A stretch of DNA of 56,558 bases, counting the filler, from Bipalium vagum (Eukaryota), in NCBI GenBank assembly GCA_037834085.1. It is 3 parts of 3 records of this genome, joined end to end, with 100 filler letters (N's around TTAATTAATTAA, not from the genome) between each part and the next. Parts side by side here need not be neighbours in the genome. Positions count along the whole stretch, not along the records: positions 19,647 to 39,786 come from JBBMKC010259399.1; positions 39,887 to 56,558 come from JBBMKC010099151.1; 1 more part is not named here. One strand, given 5' to 3'. How positions within the stretch are numbered: position 1 is the first letter of the stretch; each line of letters opens with the position of its first letter. Positions 38,920-52,400 of this stretch are shown here, piece by piece. The notes beneath the pieces were generated by a model. It was not told the origin of the DNA. It saw only the letters and a list, made by a program, of their open reading frames with translations, and made no database searches. The position numbers were made by a program, and so were the translations under genes.

Positions 38920-39361
38920 TTCTGTACGCAGATGTCGTACGTATACATCGAGCTTTGCAATATAACCTAGACCTTTTTAATAGGTCCAAATTGTGAAATT
39001 ACATAGATGTAACATCTTTCTAATTTTCCAAGTTGTCAAATGTGGATCTGATTTGACACTGGCGTTGGGTTATTGCATGTTCTTCATATACCGCATATAA
39101 TTTTCTTATAGTATTTGCGATATTACTTTGTTTTCGGAAATAAAACAGTAAAATATGTCGAAAATGTAACTTTTCAACTTTCATTTAAATTTCCCACCTA
39201 AACAATTATTTTCATATTTAAGCAATTTTACCCACTAATCATAATTGACATATCGATTAATGTAATCGATATTGAAATTTTTATTAATAACTTGTTTTGA
39301 TACTTTAAAGATGTCTAAAACTTGAAATCAAATACAGGTAGCAACTTTCGGAACAATCTAA
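38920..39361 (-). mobile_element. Mariner relic, 5' end
   Basis: TIR TA|TTAGATTGTTCCGAAAGTTGC on minus at about 39361, then the Mos1-like N-terminus MKVEKLHFRHILLFYFRK..RKLYAVYEEHAITQRQCQ. Confidence 0.7.
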
Positions 39362-39786
39362 TAATTAGAGGAATTATTTTTTAATTATTATTAAAGTTTT
39401 ATTAACTCTGATGCCTACGGTCTTTCATCTTGATCACACTACCAAGGACGTTATTAAAATATGTCATCATTTTGATTTTGTTTTTTTATAAATCATATTA
39501 AATAATATTTAAATTAAATAAATTTTTAATTAAACATTTAAATTAAGATAAGTATTTTATTATTATTTTTATAATTATTAGAATTTATAAGTATTATTTC
39601 GATTGATAAATTAAAACGCTACCCAAATTTTGTTTTGTCTGTGTAACTGCACAAAATAAACAAGGAAAAAAGTAATTTTGATAATTAATTATTATTAATT
39701 ATATAATATTTATACAGTGAAACCTGCTTAAATTGAACACCATAGTGTCCTTGCTGAAAAGTTCAAATTAGAGAGGTGTTCAGATA

Positions 39787-39886
39787 NNNNNNNNNNNNNN
39801 NNNNNNNNNNNNNNNNNNNNNNNNNNNNNNTTAATTAATTAANNNNNNNNNNNNNNNNNNNNNNNNNNNNNNNNNNNNNNNNNNNN
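39787..39886. other. Assembly gap with artificial TTAATTAATTAA linker
   Basis: 44 N + TTAATTAATTAA + 44 N. It is flanked on the left by a pogo/Tigger-like TIR start TA|CAGTGAAACCTGC at about 39715. Confidence 0.95.
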
Positions 39887-40400
39887 GAAAAATAAGAAAA
39901 AATTTAACTTTCCATTTTAAACATTCATTTCTAATTTCGAGCTTTTCAGTTTCTGTCATTATACTTTGTGGCAAATTATAATTTCCTTATGAAATTTACA
40001 GTCAAACATAAAATGGAGATTTGTATAATCTAAATAAACTTTTTAAAAACAATAAATCCTTATGAAAAATGATCTAATTGTATTATATTTAAAAATTCAA
40101 GTACCTGTCTGATACTTTTGAGCGGTAGTGTAAAAGTGTCCATTAAAAAAATGAAAAAAGCAACACTTTATTTAATAACACTTTTGCATCGTCTTCTTTT
40201 CATTTCTTTTTGATCTTTTGACCGGTCAATCGTATCAAGTATCTTTTTTGAACGAGTCAGTCAAAAAAACATGATCCAAATTTTGTTATGAATATAAAGT
40301 TTTTATTATTTTAATGTAAAGAAAATATACAAAGTTGAATATTTTTTGTGATCTTTTTCATATAAAAATAATAATACAATTCACTTTAAAATAAAAGCAC

Positions 40401-43400
40401 CTTTAGTTCATTTTCAGGTATCATTCCATTTCTGTCGACTTGTATGAGAAAGCGATACGAGTCTTTAGAAAATATTGGAGGGTTATCATTCATATCTTCG
40501 ATTTCCAAAACCACATTTGTGTTTGATGACAAAGGAGGATTTCCTTGATCAGTAGCTGAAATTTGAAACTTATAAACCGACTGCTCTTCTCTGTCAGGAA
40601 AAAATTTAAGAAACATTTCACCAGAATTCCTATCTAATCTGAAGAAGTGATCAATGTGATTGATCAGAGATCTATTGTTCCATTTATGATCTGGAGACCA
40701 ATTAGTGAAAGAATAAATAATTTTACTATTTAATTGGGTATCAGCATCAGTTGCAGTCACCTGAAAGAAAAATATTATACAATCAGCATTTGTTTACTTA
40801 AAAATTATTTATTTTTAATCAAGATCGTTAATGAAGATGAAAGTCTTTTCAAACTATGATATATTTCTGAACATTTGACAGTCTTGCCAAATTGAATAAA
40901 ATCCACTGAGATCTGGACTCTTTATGAAGTTCTATTTTAAATTAATTAATTTCGAGTAGTAAATATAGAAATTATTCATTTGCTTTGATGACAACAGAAA
41001 AATTGTCAGTGACACCTCTACAATTCTATCAAATTGATAGCATAGTCTCCTGATTCGTCTTCAGACGGTTTTTCTTCTTCCAAGCTAAATCATGGTTAAT
41101 TTCCTATGTTTGAGCACCACTATCAAATTTTGTTCACTCGACCTTTTAATAAAGAATGATAGATTGAATTTCATGTTGTCCCTGGATTTATAAAGAACTG
41201 AGTAACAAGAAAAAAAGATTTACAAGTTTACGCAATTAAATTTATAAAAGTTATAAACTTAAGAAAAAACAGAAAATATTAGTCAACATATCAAATCATA
41301 TTTTATTGCATGATAATGCTAAATCGCACACTACACATTGTGGAAAACTACAGGACTTGGAATTGAAATTATTAATGACAATCCATACTCTTCACACATA
41401 TACCACAATGCGTACAAATTCTGCCCCAATTTGGACAACCCTTTATTAGGAAAACTATATATATACAGTACCTGCAAAAAGTATTCGTACGATCACTTAG
41501 CTTCTAAAATAGTTAGATTTATTTCTGCCACAGTTCTCCACACAATAACTTTTCCATCGCTCCCAAAAACATTAAATTTGCTTTCCTCAGATCAGAGGAC
41601 TGTGTTCCAATCCATGTGATCACTCAGAAAGGTTCTCACCCTTTTTTCTTTATCTTTTCTAAATCTAAGTTTTATTATGAAAAAGGTGATCGTACGAATA
41701 CTTTTTGCAGGTACAAATTATGTAAAATTGGTCTTCCAAGAATTCATTGACTCTCGTCCGTCTGTATTTTATATGAAATTTCTGAACAAACTGTGGATTA
41801 CATAATAAGTGTATAGACACTATAGGTGCACAATTTGCATGGAAAACAGTTTGTTGTATTTGGAATTTATCAATAAACCTCATATTTCATTTTACAAATT
41901 TCATATTTGACATCTTGATAATTATTTTGCATTTCGCTTGTCAGATATTTTTTGCTAAGACTTGTTTGAATGACATGTTAAGTTAAACTATTACACTTTC
42001 TTTATGTACTTGTCGTTAAATAGATTATTTTCATTACTATCGATTTATTGATTCTTTAATTTTCCGTATTACTATAAATGTGAGTGATTTTGAGGGTGTC
42101 TAAGTCGATTTTTTTGAGTGAGATAAAAAGATAACAAGAAATTTTTAATAGTTACAAATTACCTTTCCAATAAGTTTTCCAAGAGGCGAATTTTCAAGAA
42201 GGGTAAATGTATACTGGCTTTCCGAAAAAATGGGGATGTTGTCATTGACATCAGTAACATGAATGGATATAACAGTGGAAGTGCTGAGCGACGGAGAGCC
42301 CATGTCACTAGCTTCAACTGTTAGAAAGAGTTCTTGATTGCTTTCATAGTCAAGTGTTTTCTTTAAAATTAAATCTCCTGAAAATTAAATCAATATTAAC
42401 GTTGAAAGAGACAGTATCTTATTTCATTAAGAATATTTAGAATAAATATGGTTTAGTTTTTCCTTTATAAATTAATTATTGAAATCATTATAAAAATGAG
42501 ACATTTGAGAACGGAAACCTTTGAAAGGAGGAATATTGAATAAAAATAGACAGGCATAATTAAATTTTTATGAGAAGAAACATTAATAAAATTCTGTATA
42601 CATTTGATATAATTTTGGTAGCATAGTTTAGATAAGATTAAAAGATATTAACCCATCTTATGAACATATTATGATAGATAAAGGAGTGAAAAGGGGTTTG
42701 ACTGGATTTATATCACTCTTAAAATGAAAACAAATCAAAGTCTTATGATCAATTTTGAAAATATCAAAGAGAAAAATAATTAAAACGAACAATACAATTT
42801 TAATAATTTTATAGCGGGAGGTGTATCTTCTCATTTCAACTTTTCTCAGATTTAAAAAGGTTTTATTATTCATTTTATTTTTACTACTTATTAAAAAATA
42901 CGGACGATATTCTTTTTTGACCTAAAAGTAACAAGGTTTTTTATAACCTACAGAAATACCCATGTATTTTTTATGACCTACAAAATTACCTATATTGTTT
43001 TTTGACCTATAATAAAAATCAATGTCAATAATAACCAGAAAGATAAAATTAACAACCAACTTTGCAAATTTATAGTTTTTTGAAAAATTACTTGCCCATT
43101 ACCCAATGTTTATAATTTGACATACAACATTGAAATACGTAAATAAAACATTGTCCAAAAATTCTTTTAATTATTAATTACTTTATTTTTTCATAATAAT
43201 AACTATATTATCTTTATTATACATTTTATAAAATTTTATGTTGTCTCATAAAAAAAGTTCACTTTTTGTTATTGACTTAAATGAAATTTATCTTTTGTGT
43301 ATAAAAGATGAAAAATATATTACTGTTTTACAATCCCCTTAATCATCTAGATATAATACTGAGAAATATCTTATAACAATTTGTTTAAAAAATCTATTTT

Positions 43401-46400
43401 TAACGCTAAATATGACCGTAAAATATGAGATTTTTGTATTTTTACAACATTATTAGAAAAATAAATCGGAAGCTCTCTGATTTATTATAGAAACTGAAGA
43501 TCCTGGCGAATTAAACAAGAGAACAGTTATTGCAAAGCTCACATCGGCTGACACCAGCCTCAACTTCAAACTGGTTGCAGAATTGTATCCGTGTTTGATG
43601 AAGATATCTCGAAAGAACCTGTTTAATTCGATCCGTTTCAATCAATTTATCAATAAGCCATTTTTGATATATATTTAAAAGAATTGTTGATGTGAATGAA
43701 AGGTGTTTCTTATCTACCTGTTTCTTGTCTAAAGCAACAGTCTAGTCCGTTTTTTGGAACTATGATTAAATCTTTTTCTTTGAACTTATGCCATGTGTTA
43801 ACAGTTTAAACGTGGATATTTATTCAAAACAATTGAGGAGATTGAATAAAGTTATGAAAGCAAAATTTCATTTTTTAATCAATCAGTAAAAATTTTATTA
43901 CAAGCGATAAAACAAAGCCTCTTACTTCACGGGAATAAATGTCAAATATCAACAATCTTAATGGAATTGAACTATTACAACATCTGCTAAAAATTAATAA
44001 TAAAATATTAAGTTACCCTAAGAACTTTATTAATATGCTCTAAAAGTGTTTAGTTGAATTAGCTAGCTATAACATGCCAAACTATATTAATTAACCCAGA
44101 AGAGAGCCCTAAAAAAAGACATTATCAGCGTTTGGACTTTTTATATAGTTTTGCTGAGATTGGTAATTAGGTCATCAGTTTTGGGACCAAATGATCTTTT
44201 ATTGTTAGTTGTTAAAGTTGGATAACGAAGGACAGGCACACATTATATTTTGCGATGCGACAGTAGTTGAGGCACTAATTGGCATAATCAAAGATGATAG
44301 TTTATATTTATGCTTTTTATTTGTTTTGTTTTCGGATTCCGAGAGAACTAGACAGGAAACGAGTTATCCCGACGACCCGGATACCTGACGATAGAGCCTG
44401 AACCGAATTCGGTTCAAAATGATTTTTTATTCATAAGTAAAAATACATCGATTCTCAATAATTTTTAATCTTTTATCAATGTTGAGACTGAGATCTGGTT
44501 TACTTTGAGATATTTTGTGATAACTTTACTGTAAACTTTGGTTTGATTAAATAAAGGTTATTAAATCCTATTTGTTTATAAAGAATTGTCGGCGGTTGGT
44601 GAACAAAACTATAATATCGGATATTTAGAGTTAGGTTAATGATCATCAGTTAACAGTTCATAATCTTATTTCTGAATAAAGTCTATACGGCTTCATACAT
44701 TTTTAATTGAATTCAGATCTGAACTTGAATTAGGGTATGATAATCCGCTTAAGTAATTTTGTAATACATATTTGTAAATATAAATGTATTAGAACAATTT
44801 ACGTGGAAGTGATGTTCCCGTTAATATTTTAGGAGGACCAAAGAAGAGTTCCAGAATTTATAAAGAATGAGTTTGTACAACTTCTATTTTCAATGTTTTG
44901 TTTGCGAAAAGTTATTTTAACAATTCTATGAAAAGATTACAGAACGAAGATGTGTTAAAAGGGGAATTTGAACAGATCATTACCTCCAGGTCTACCGAAT
45001 TTTATCGCATAGAAATGGAAAATCTACCAATTCGTCGGCAACAGTGTGTAAATGCCATTTTTTTGTTTTAACCAATAAACCTTTTGTTTCGGCTGACTTA
45101 TGCTGTTTTAAAAATGAATGTACAAAAAACGTGCAAAAGTTCCTGAACAACCTAATATATTCATGGGATCTGACTTGGTAAGTGATACTAACTTGCAATA
45201 TCGTATATTATGAGTGTCAATTTTTAAATAGATCTTTGTTTTGTGTTAATTTCAGTTGATCTTTCTCTAAGAATATCCAGTTCCATGTTCTATCTATCAT
45301 TTATATAGTTTTTAGTTTTTTATAGTTTGATGTTAATGTGCAGACTATATGAATTAATCCTTTTATTAGGTCAATCTTATATTCTTCTTTTTCATATAAA
45401 CTATCGCCTAAATCATATAATCCTGTATCCATAGGTTTTCTAAATTTACTGTTCTTTAATCTATGTCTTTCGTTTTCTTTTTGTTAATAAATAGAAATGT
45501 CTGTTTTTCATCTTTTCCTTTCTCCACCGTGAATCATATATCTTCATGTAGATTTTTCATAAATGCCAGAAAGGGATTAATGTCATTTTCACTCTGGAGA
45601 TTGAAAAAACACATCGTCAAAATATATTTGATATTAAACTAAGTTTTTTTTACAACCCATCTATTAGTTTATTTAATGAAAAAAAAATTTAAAAGATAAT
45701 CAAACATTTTTCCACGCCTGTATAATTATATTTCAAACTGAGAGTTACAAAGGAAAAGAGACATTTCCATGTAAAGGGTTCATGTGTAAGGTATATCTTT
45801 CATAGCTTACACTTAATTAAAAGGGATTTCTTTTAAAACTGTATTTACTTTTAAGGTTAGTGAAAAGAGCTCATAAGAATTAGGCATAATTGGCATATGA
45901 AAACCGCTAATTTAGAAAGCAATAATGAACCTCATAATTTTCGATCTCAATTTACTTAGTATTTTTAATTAATTTTCATTTATTGTTCTCTGTAATTTAT
46001 AGATTAGTTTTGCAAATATTTCAAAAGTAAAACGAGCAATATTACTAACCGGAAGAAGAATTCAAATCGAATTGATCCTGTTCTAATACAATACGATAGG
46101 AAACCACGGCATTGATCCCAATGTCTTCACTGATTGCTTTAATTGTCATTATCAAACTGCCCACTGGTGTAGTTTCAGACACATTCACTTTCAATGGTGC
46201 GTTGAGAAATTGAGGAGGCGAATCGTTCACATCTAACAGAGAAATATTAACTTTGACTGTGGTTATTTTGGGCGGTTTGCCACAGTCTGCAGCCTCAACG
46301 TAAATCTGGTGTTCGGGCTGCTTTTCTCTGTCAAGAATACCAACAACTCTCACAATTCCCGTGTTCTTGTCAATTGAAAAACTGGATTTGGAATTGTTGA

Positions 46401-49400
46401 CAATCCGGTAAATAATCTTTCGGTTCAATCCTGGAATTGAATTGTTTCAGAAAGGAAAAATAGCATTCAAAAAATCTGTTAGTCTTAATGAGATCATATC
46501 TCGTGGTCAATAGAATACTTTCAATATTGAACATAATCATTTTACAGTTTTTTAAGGGAAGTTAATTTTCTTAACTTTCAAAGATCGAAAAGTTAAAAAG
46601 ATTTATTTTAAATTATATTATTTCATAAATATTATCATCACCTTCATCCAAATCAACCGCGTTTATCTTTCCTATAACACTCCCAGGTGGAGCATTCTCA
46701 GGCAAAGGAGCAATTTTAGTATGAGTAAATCTTGGTTCATTATCATTGAGATCTAGAACGACTATTTTCACTTTAAAAGAACAACTTTTAGATTCTGGAT
46801 CAGAGGCATTAACAATCACATTAATTATTGAACTGAACTCCCGGTCCAATGGCGCGTTCATAATTATCTTTCCTGTTTCTGATTCAACTATTAACAAATA
46901 TGGATCACTGCACTCGATCAATTTGTAAGTTAGTGTATTATGCGCTGGTTTTGAGTCTCTGTCATATGCTTGCAGCTGAGTGACCACTGTTCCTGGCTGA
47001 ATTCCTTCAAGGATTCTGAGATCAGGTACCTAAAAATGATCAGAATGTTAAAATATCAGAAAAAATCAATTAATCACTAGTAAAAATGTCTGGTCATTAT
47101 AAGATATGGCTTTCACAAAGTCTAACACTTAGTATTAATAATAAGTAATTATTAATAACACAATCTCCTCTAATCACCGTACAAATCTCAAAGAATTTAA
47201 TACTAAAATTGTATTAGTCTACTCTCTTTAATTATCTAATGTAGGAATTAAGATGAATTAATGAAAAAATTATACAAATTTAACATGGATTAATAAATAT
47301 TATATATTTTTATCTCTTATTTATCACTCTTCTTTCATCCACATATTTTTGATTTTTTTTTCTGCTAATTTCCAACTTTAATATTGACATATAAAATATA
47401 GTTGAACTAAAAGAAGCTCTATATTCAGTTAAAAAGAAATTAATAAAAAATTATTATTATTATTAAATTTTATTATTTATTATTGTTATTATTATTATTT
47501 ACTGTTATTATTTATTATTACCATCGAAATTAAACAACACATGATTTTATTAATATTTCAAAGACCCCAGTTCAAACAAATTGTTGAGCTGGTTGACCAT
47601 GTTGCAGTCACGGTTTGCTACTCGTAGAATTGGGGAAACAAACTCACTTTACGTCTTAAATAACAATTCTCTTTCAAATTCGAATGTAAAGTGATTTCGT
47701 AAAAAGCCTGTGGCAAGCAACAAATTGGAATTTAGCCTTATTGGTAATATGAAGAGAATTGTTGCACATACAAAACCAAGATTGCACATATAGCAGGAAA
47801 TGGTGCTTTTGAAGGACTTTCGAATGCTGAAACATGGTTACTGCTCTACCTTTTCATAGTCCATCAGTGCTCACACTGATAGTCGAATTGAACACTGTTG
47901 ACTCTTCGAGATTGATTTTGGTTAGGTTCAGGCGCTAGAATTCGCTGTATTATTTTTCACAAAACCTTTGCCTTTGACATCTTAAATTTCGCGATTCGCA
48001 GCTGCTGTAAGTATTTTTTTAAAATAATGATTTGGTAATCCTATACTTTAGAGGCGTCAAAGTAGGTCAATTTTTAGCTTAATATTATTTTAAAATATTA
48101 TGCATTATAAAATATAAAATTATCACGATTAGATTTAAATATTAATTATTTATTCTGATATGAAATTAAATTTTGTATGTATTTATATTTTATAAAATTA
48201 ACGTATAAAGTTAATCTAAAAATTACACGTATTTTCTAAATTTATCGAAAATTAAATTTAAATATGTATTATACTATATAAACGAAATGCTAAAATTTGG
48301 CCTACTTTGGCGACACTAAAGAATAGGATTACCAATGATTTTATTAAGTTTTCGTTTCTTATTTCATAATAAAATATTACATTAAAAATAAAAGAAAATT
48401 AATTAACACCTTCGAAAAGGATTAACCTTTTCAAGAGTTTCAAAATAATGTCAAATATTGAGCCGAAAAATTTATAATAGTGGAACAGTAAAACAATGTT
48501 AATGCATTAGGAAAACACGAATGACTTTAGAATTCAACCTAATATTTATTTGTCTTATAATATTCAGGTTATAAAATAAAGAAAATTTTTATTAAATTTT
48601 AACCAAACTTTTAGAAATTGAATATTTTTTGACGAAAAATTATGTTTAATTTTTATTTTAAATAAAACTTCGGAATATTGAATAAGAAATAATATATAAT
48701 TATTTAAGTCATACCTGGGGACAAATTGGGACGTGATCATTGACATCAACCACCTTGATTATCAAAACAAATTCATCAGTTGAATAGTGTAGTCTGTCAA
48801 AGGCGAGGAATCTTAGTTCCAGTGATGTACTGATTCTCTCAGCATCTAAAGACTGGAGTAAAAGTATTTCACCAGCATCTAAAACCAGAAAATGGACAAG
48901 ATAGGGATTGGAATGTTGATTTGTGATTAAAAATTTTAGAGACTCTTCTTGAGATTCTGTATCATTATCTCTGGCATCTAATCGATACACGACCTTTGGA
49001 TATTCATCGATGCAAATTTTACAATTTTCCATTATCTCAATCTCATCTCTCGGTGGATCTCTGATCCAGTAAGGAATTTCATCATTAACATCCGTCACTA
49101 AAATTCTGAGAGAGGTATTTGTCATATGATTCTTTTTATCTGATGCTGATATAATGATATTTATCATTTTAACTTTTTCATAGTCCACAGAGGATATTAG
49201 ATAAACCCATCCTTCCTCATCAATCCTAAACAATGGCTGAGTTCCGACATTGTCGGGCTGAAATATAGAGTATAGAATTTTATCTTTTCCTTTAAAATCA
49301 AGATCAATTGCTTTGCACTGAATAACTTTAGAGTCCATAGACAAATCTTCTGGTATAGAAATGGAATACCTGAAGATTTAGGTCGATTTATGAGAGGTTT

Positions 49401-52400
49401 TTTTAATTGTTATTAAAAGAGAATAAATAAAATCCGAAAAAACTTTAAAACAAAAGCCTTTGTTCTTAAAGCTTATTAAGTATCATCTAATTATTAGATT
49501 TTAAAACACAAAATACATATCAATAATATTGCCAGAAAAGCACATTAAAATAAATTATTGTATAATATAATATTTTATATAAACTTTTACAAAGTGTGAT
49601 ATTAATGATCAAAAAGTTAGGCTCCGTATTTACTGGATAAGGAACTTGAAAGAAAAAGAAAAATTACAAAGAACGATACCCAAAGAAATTGACAAAAAAG
49701 AATGACCTACAAAACTGACTATTGGGAAAAATGTCAAAAAATTTAGACCAAACCTGTTTTCACTTCTCAAACAAATATTATTAGATATGGATTGGAAAAA
49801 TTCAAAATATTCTTTATTTATTCAGATCACTGGAGTTTGTCCTCTGACAATTGTATGTACATATGTACGAACTGTCCTTCCAGATAGAGAATTTTGATAT
49901 ACTATACAGTTATTTCAGGGGGTTTCCGAAATATTTGATCTGTGATAAAACACAAAGAGGATCACGTGAGGACAAGCTCTTAAAATCCATTTGTTAGATC
50001 AAATAAAATTTTTAAATGATTTTAAAATAAGGGCAGTACCTATATTTATTGATTAATTTATCAATTTATTAAATCTTTTATTAATTAATAAGTAACTTTA
50101 TTAATGAAATAAATCAACGAAAACATTCTCTCTAACGGATGGCCAATAAAGAAGAATAATAATGACATAGACAGCATAATGTTAAATTAACTCAATAAAA
50201 AGTATTTAATAAAGAATAAAACCAAAATTTATTTAATTAAAACAGTTTATTATTAAATCTCCTTTGTGCCTGTCTATGGCCAAAACTTTTTGTCGAAAGG
50301 AATCGATGGTTTTGCGAATCATATTTAATGGAATTTCTGCAAATGTTTCTTTAATTTTTCAATTAGTTTTGTACGATTTTCAAATTTTTTTGTTTTCAGT
50401 CTCTGATACTTCATCCCAAAATAAATACTCAAGAGGACTAAGATCTGATGAATTTGGTGGCTAATGATTAGGAGCTATTATTGAAATACCAGTCTTTTTG
50501 AATGCGGCAATCGTTTCTTTGTTTCTGCGACAACTCGCACCATCCTGCTGATATATGAAATCGCTTCCAATGAGCTCCCTTCCATATTTTGCAACGATTG
50601 GAAGAGCATTTGATATATAAAATCTTGTATCAAAAGATGTTTTTGTCGGTAAGAATACAGGTTCCGTCGGACCCTGATATGTCAGTCCAATCCATACCAT
50701 CACTTTCAAAGGATATTTTCTTTTAGGAAAAAGTCCACATTTTAAATTTGCATCTTTTCTAAACACAGCATAAACGACGTCGTTGTGTGGATTAAAGTGA
50801 TCATCTTCATCAAAATATTTTTCATCACTAAACATAATTTTGTTCACTGCCTGTTTTTTACTAAATCTTTTCTTAACCAACGTGAGCACGTCTTTCGTCT
50901 ATTGATTTGGGACTTTGATAGATAGGGAACTTTTATTTTCCTGTAGCACTTAAATCGCAAATCATTATGTATAATATTTCGAATATTTCCTCTTGAACAT
51001 TTGAAATCTAAAGCTAACTTTCTAGCTGATTTCTTTTTTTTATTTGTTGTAAGGTTTCTGTTATTTTTTTATCAATGTTTGCGTTCTTACAGTTCTTAGA
51101 CGTTCAGGAGAATTTTGAGCAAGTAATGATTTTCCCTCTTTTATTAATTTAGTCCATCTATAAATAGTGGACTTTGGTATCGTTTTTGCCACAGCGTCAT
51201 AAATTTCTTCCGGTGTTTTCCCATTTTCATGCGTTTTTATCAAATTTCTTAAACAGCTCTCATCTAAAAGAAAACATTACTAAAAATAACGTATGTTTAT
51301 TTTGCAAGATATTAAAAACCTTGGCACAAATTAAATCAATTAATAATTCAAATTTAAATTTTTTAGTTTAAAAATAATGTATTTAAACAATTTATCATTC
51401 TTTATTGGCTACCCGTTAATCTAATATCTAAAAAAATATTTTAGTTATAAATTCAAAAAATTAAATAATTTTTAAATACACAAGTTCATGACAAAAAATA
51501 CTGTTGGATGCTCGTTCATTGAGTATCTACAAGGAAAAATTAATATTATTAATATATTTATTAATAATTTATTATATTTCTTTACAAAAAAATCTTTTTT
51601 GAGTATATTTATGTCAGATAAAATGAACATAATTTAAACAATAAAACCTCCAATTCAACATTTGATAAATTGAACTTTTAAATAAATTTTAATTAAATAA
51701 ATATTTTAAATTTCTTAGTAATCAGTTTTTAGGAGACCTATTTTCACTGAAATATTTTACAAAATACCAATTTAATATGAAATTATATTATATATATTAT
51801 ATATAATATTATAAATAAATGACACAAACTCTGAGTTATCAAAAATTGGATAGCAATCATTAATGTCAGTTAGATCTATCACAATGGATTTTGTGGCCAT
51901 TAAGGATGAGCCATGAACTCTAAATTCTATTTGTATTCGATAGTGAGATTGAATTTCGTAGTCCATTATTCGCTTGGCCTTGATATATCCAAATTCGGGG
52001 TCAATATCAAAATAATTGAGAGTCTCATTTGCAGAATCACTTGGAATAAGAGACCATTTTCCTGGAGTTTTTGATGGAGAGATATGACAAAGAGCCACCA
52101 GTTGATTTAATATATTATTCTGAAAATTTTAAAATAAATAGCAAAATACAGTCAATACAAAGTGTTGCAACCCTAATTAAGTTTAATAAATTTCATTTCG
52201 TATTAATGCTTTTATTGGTTTTAATGCAAGTTCATTATGTAACCCTAATAACAACCAAAATAATTTATTCCAAGTACTTCTTATGCACTTAAATTATATT
52301 TCTCCATTTTTTCAGGCTTGGTCATTATTCATCGCAATAAAAATAGTATTCTTTGAACTATTGAAGAGAATCACGCATTTTTACATTGGTTTCAAATTGG

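Noticed and set aside
42912-43012. CRISPR-like repeat-spacer array
   Set aside because: The conserved core is only ~7-12 bp, the spacers are related to each other, the context is a eukaryotic intron and no cas genes are present.
52165-52260. AACCCTAA telomere-like seeds
   Set aside because: Only two isolated single units, which is expected by chance.
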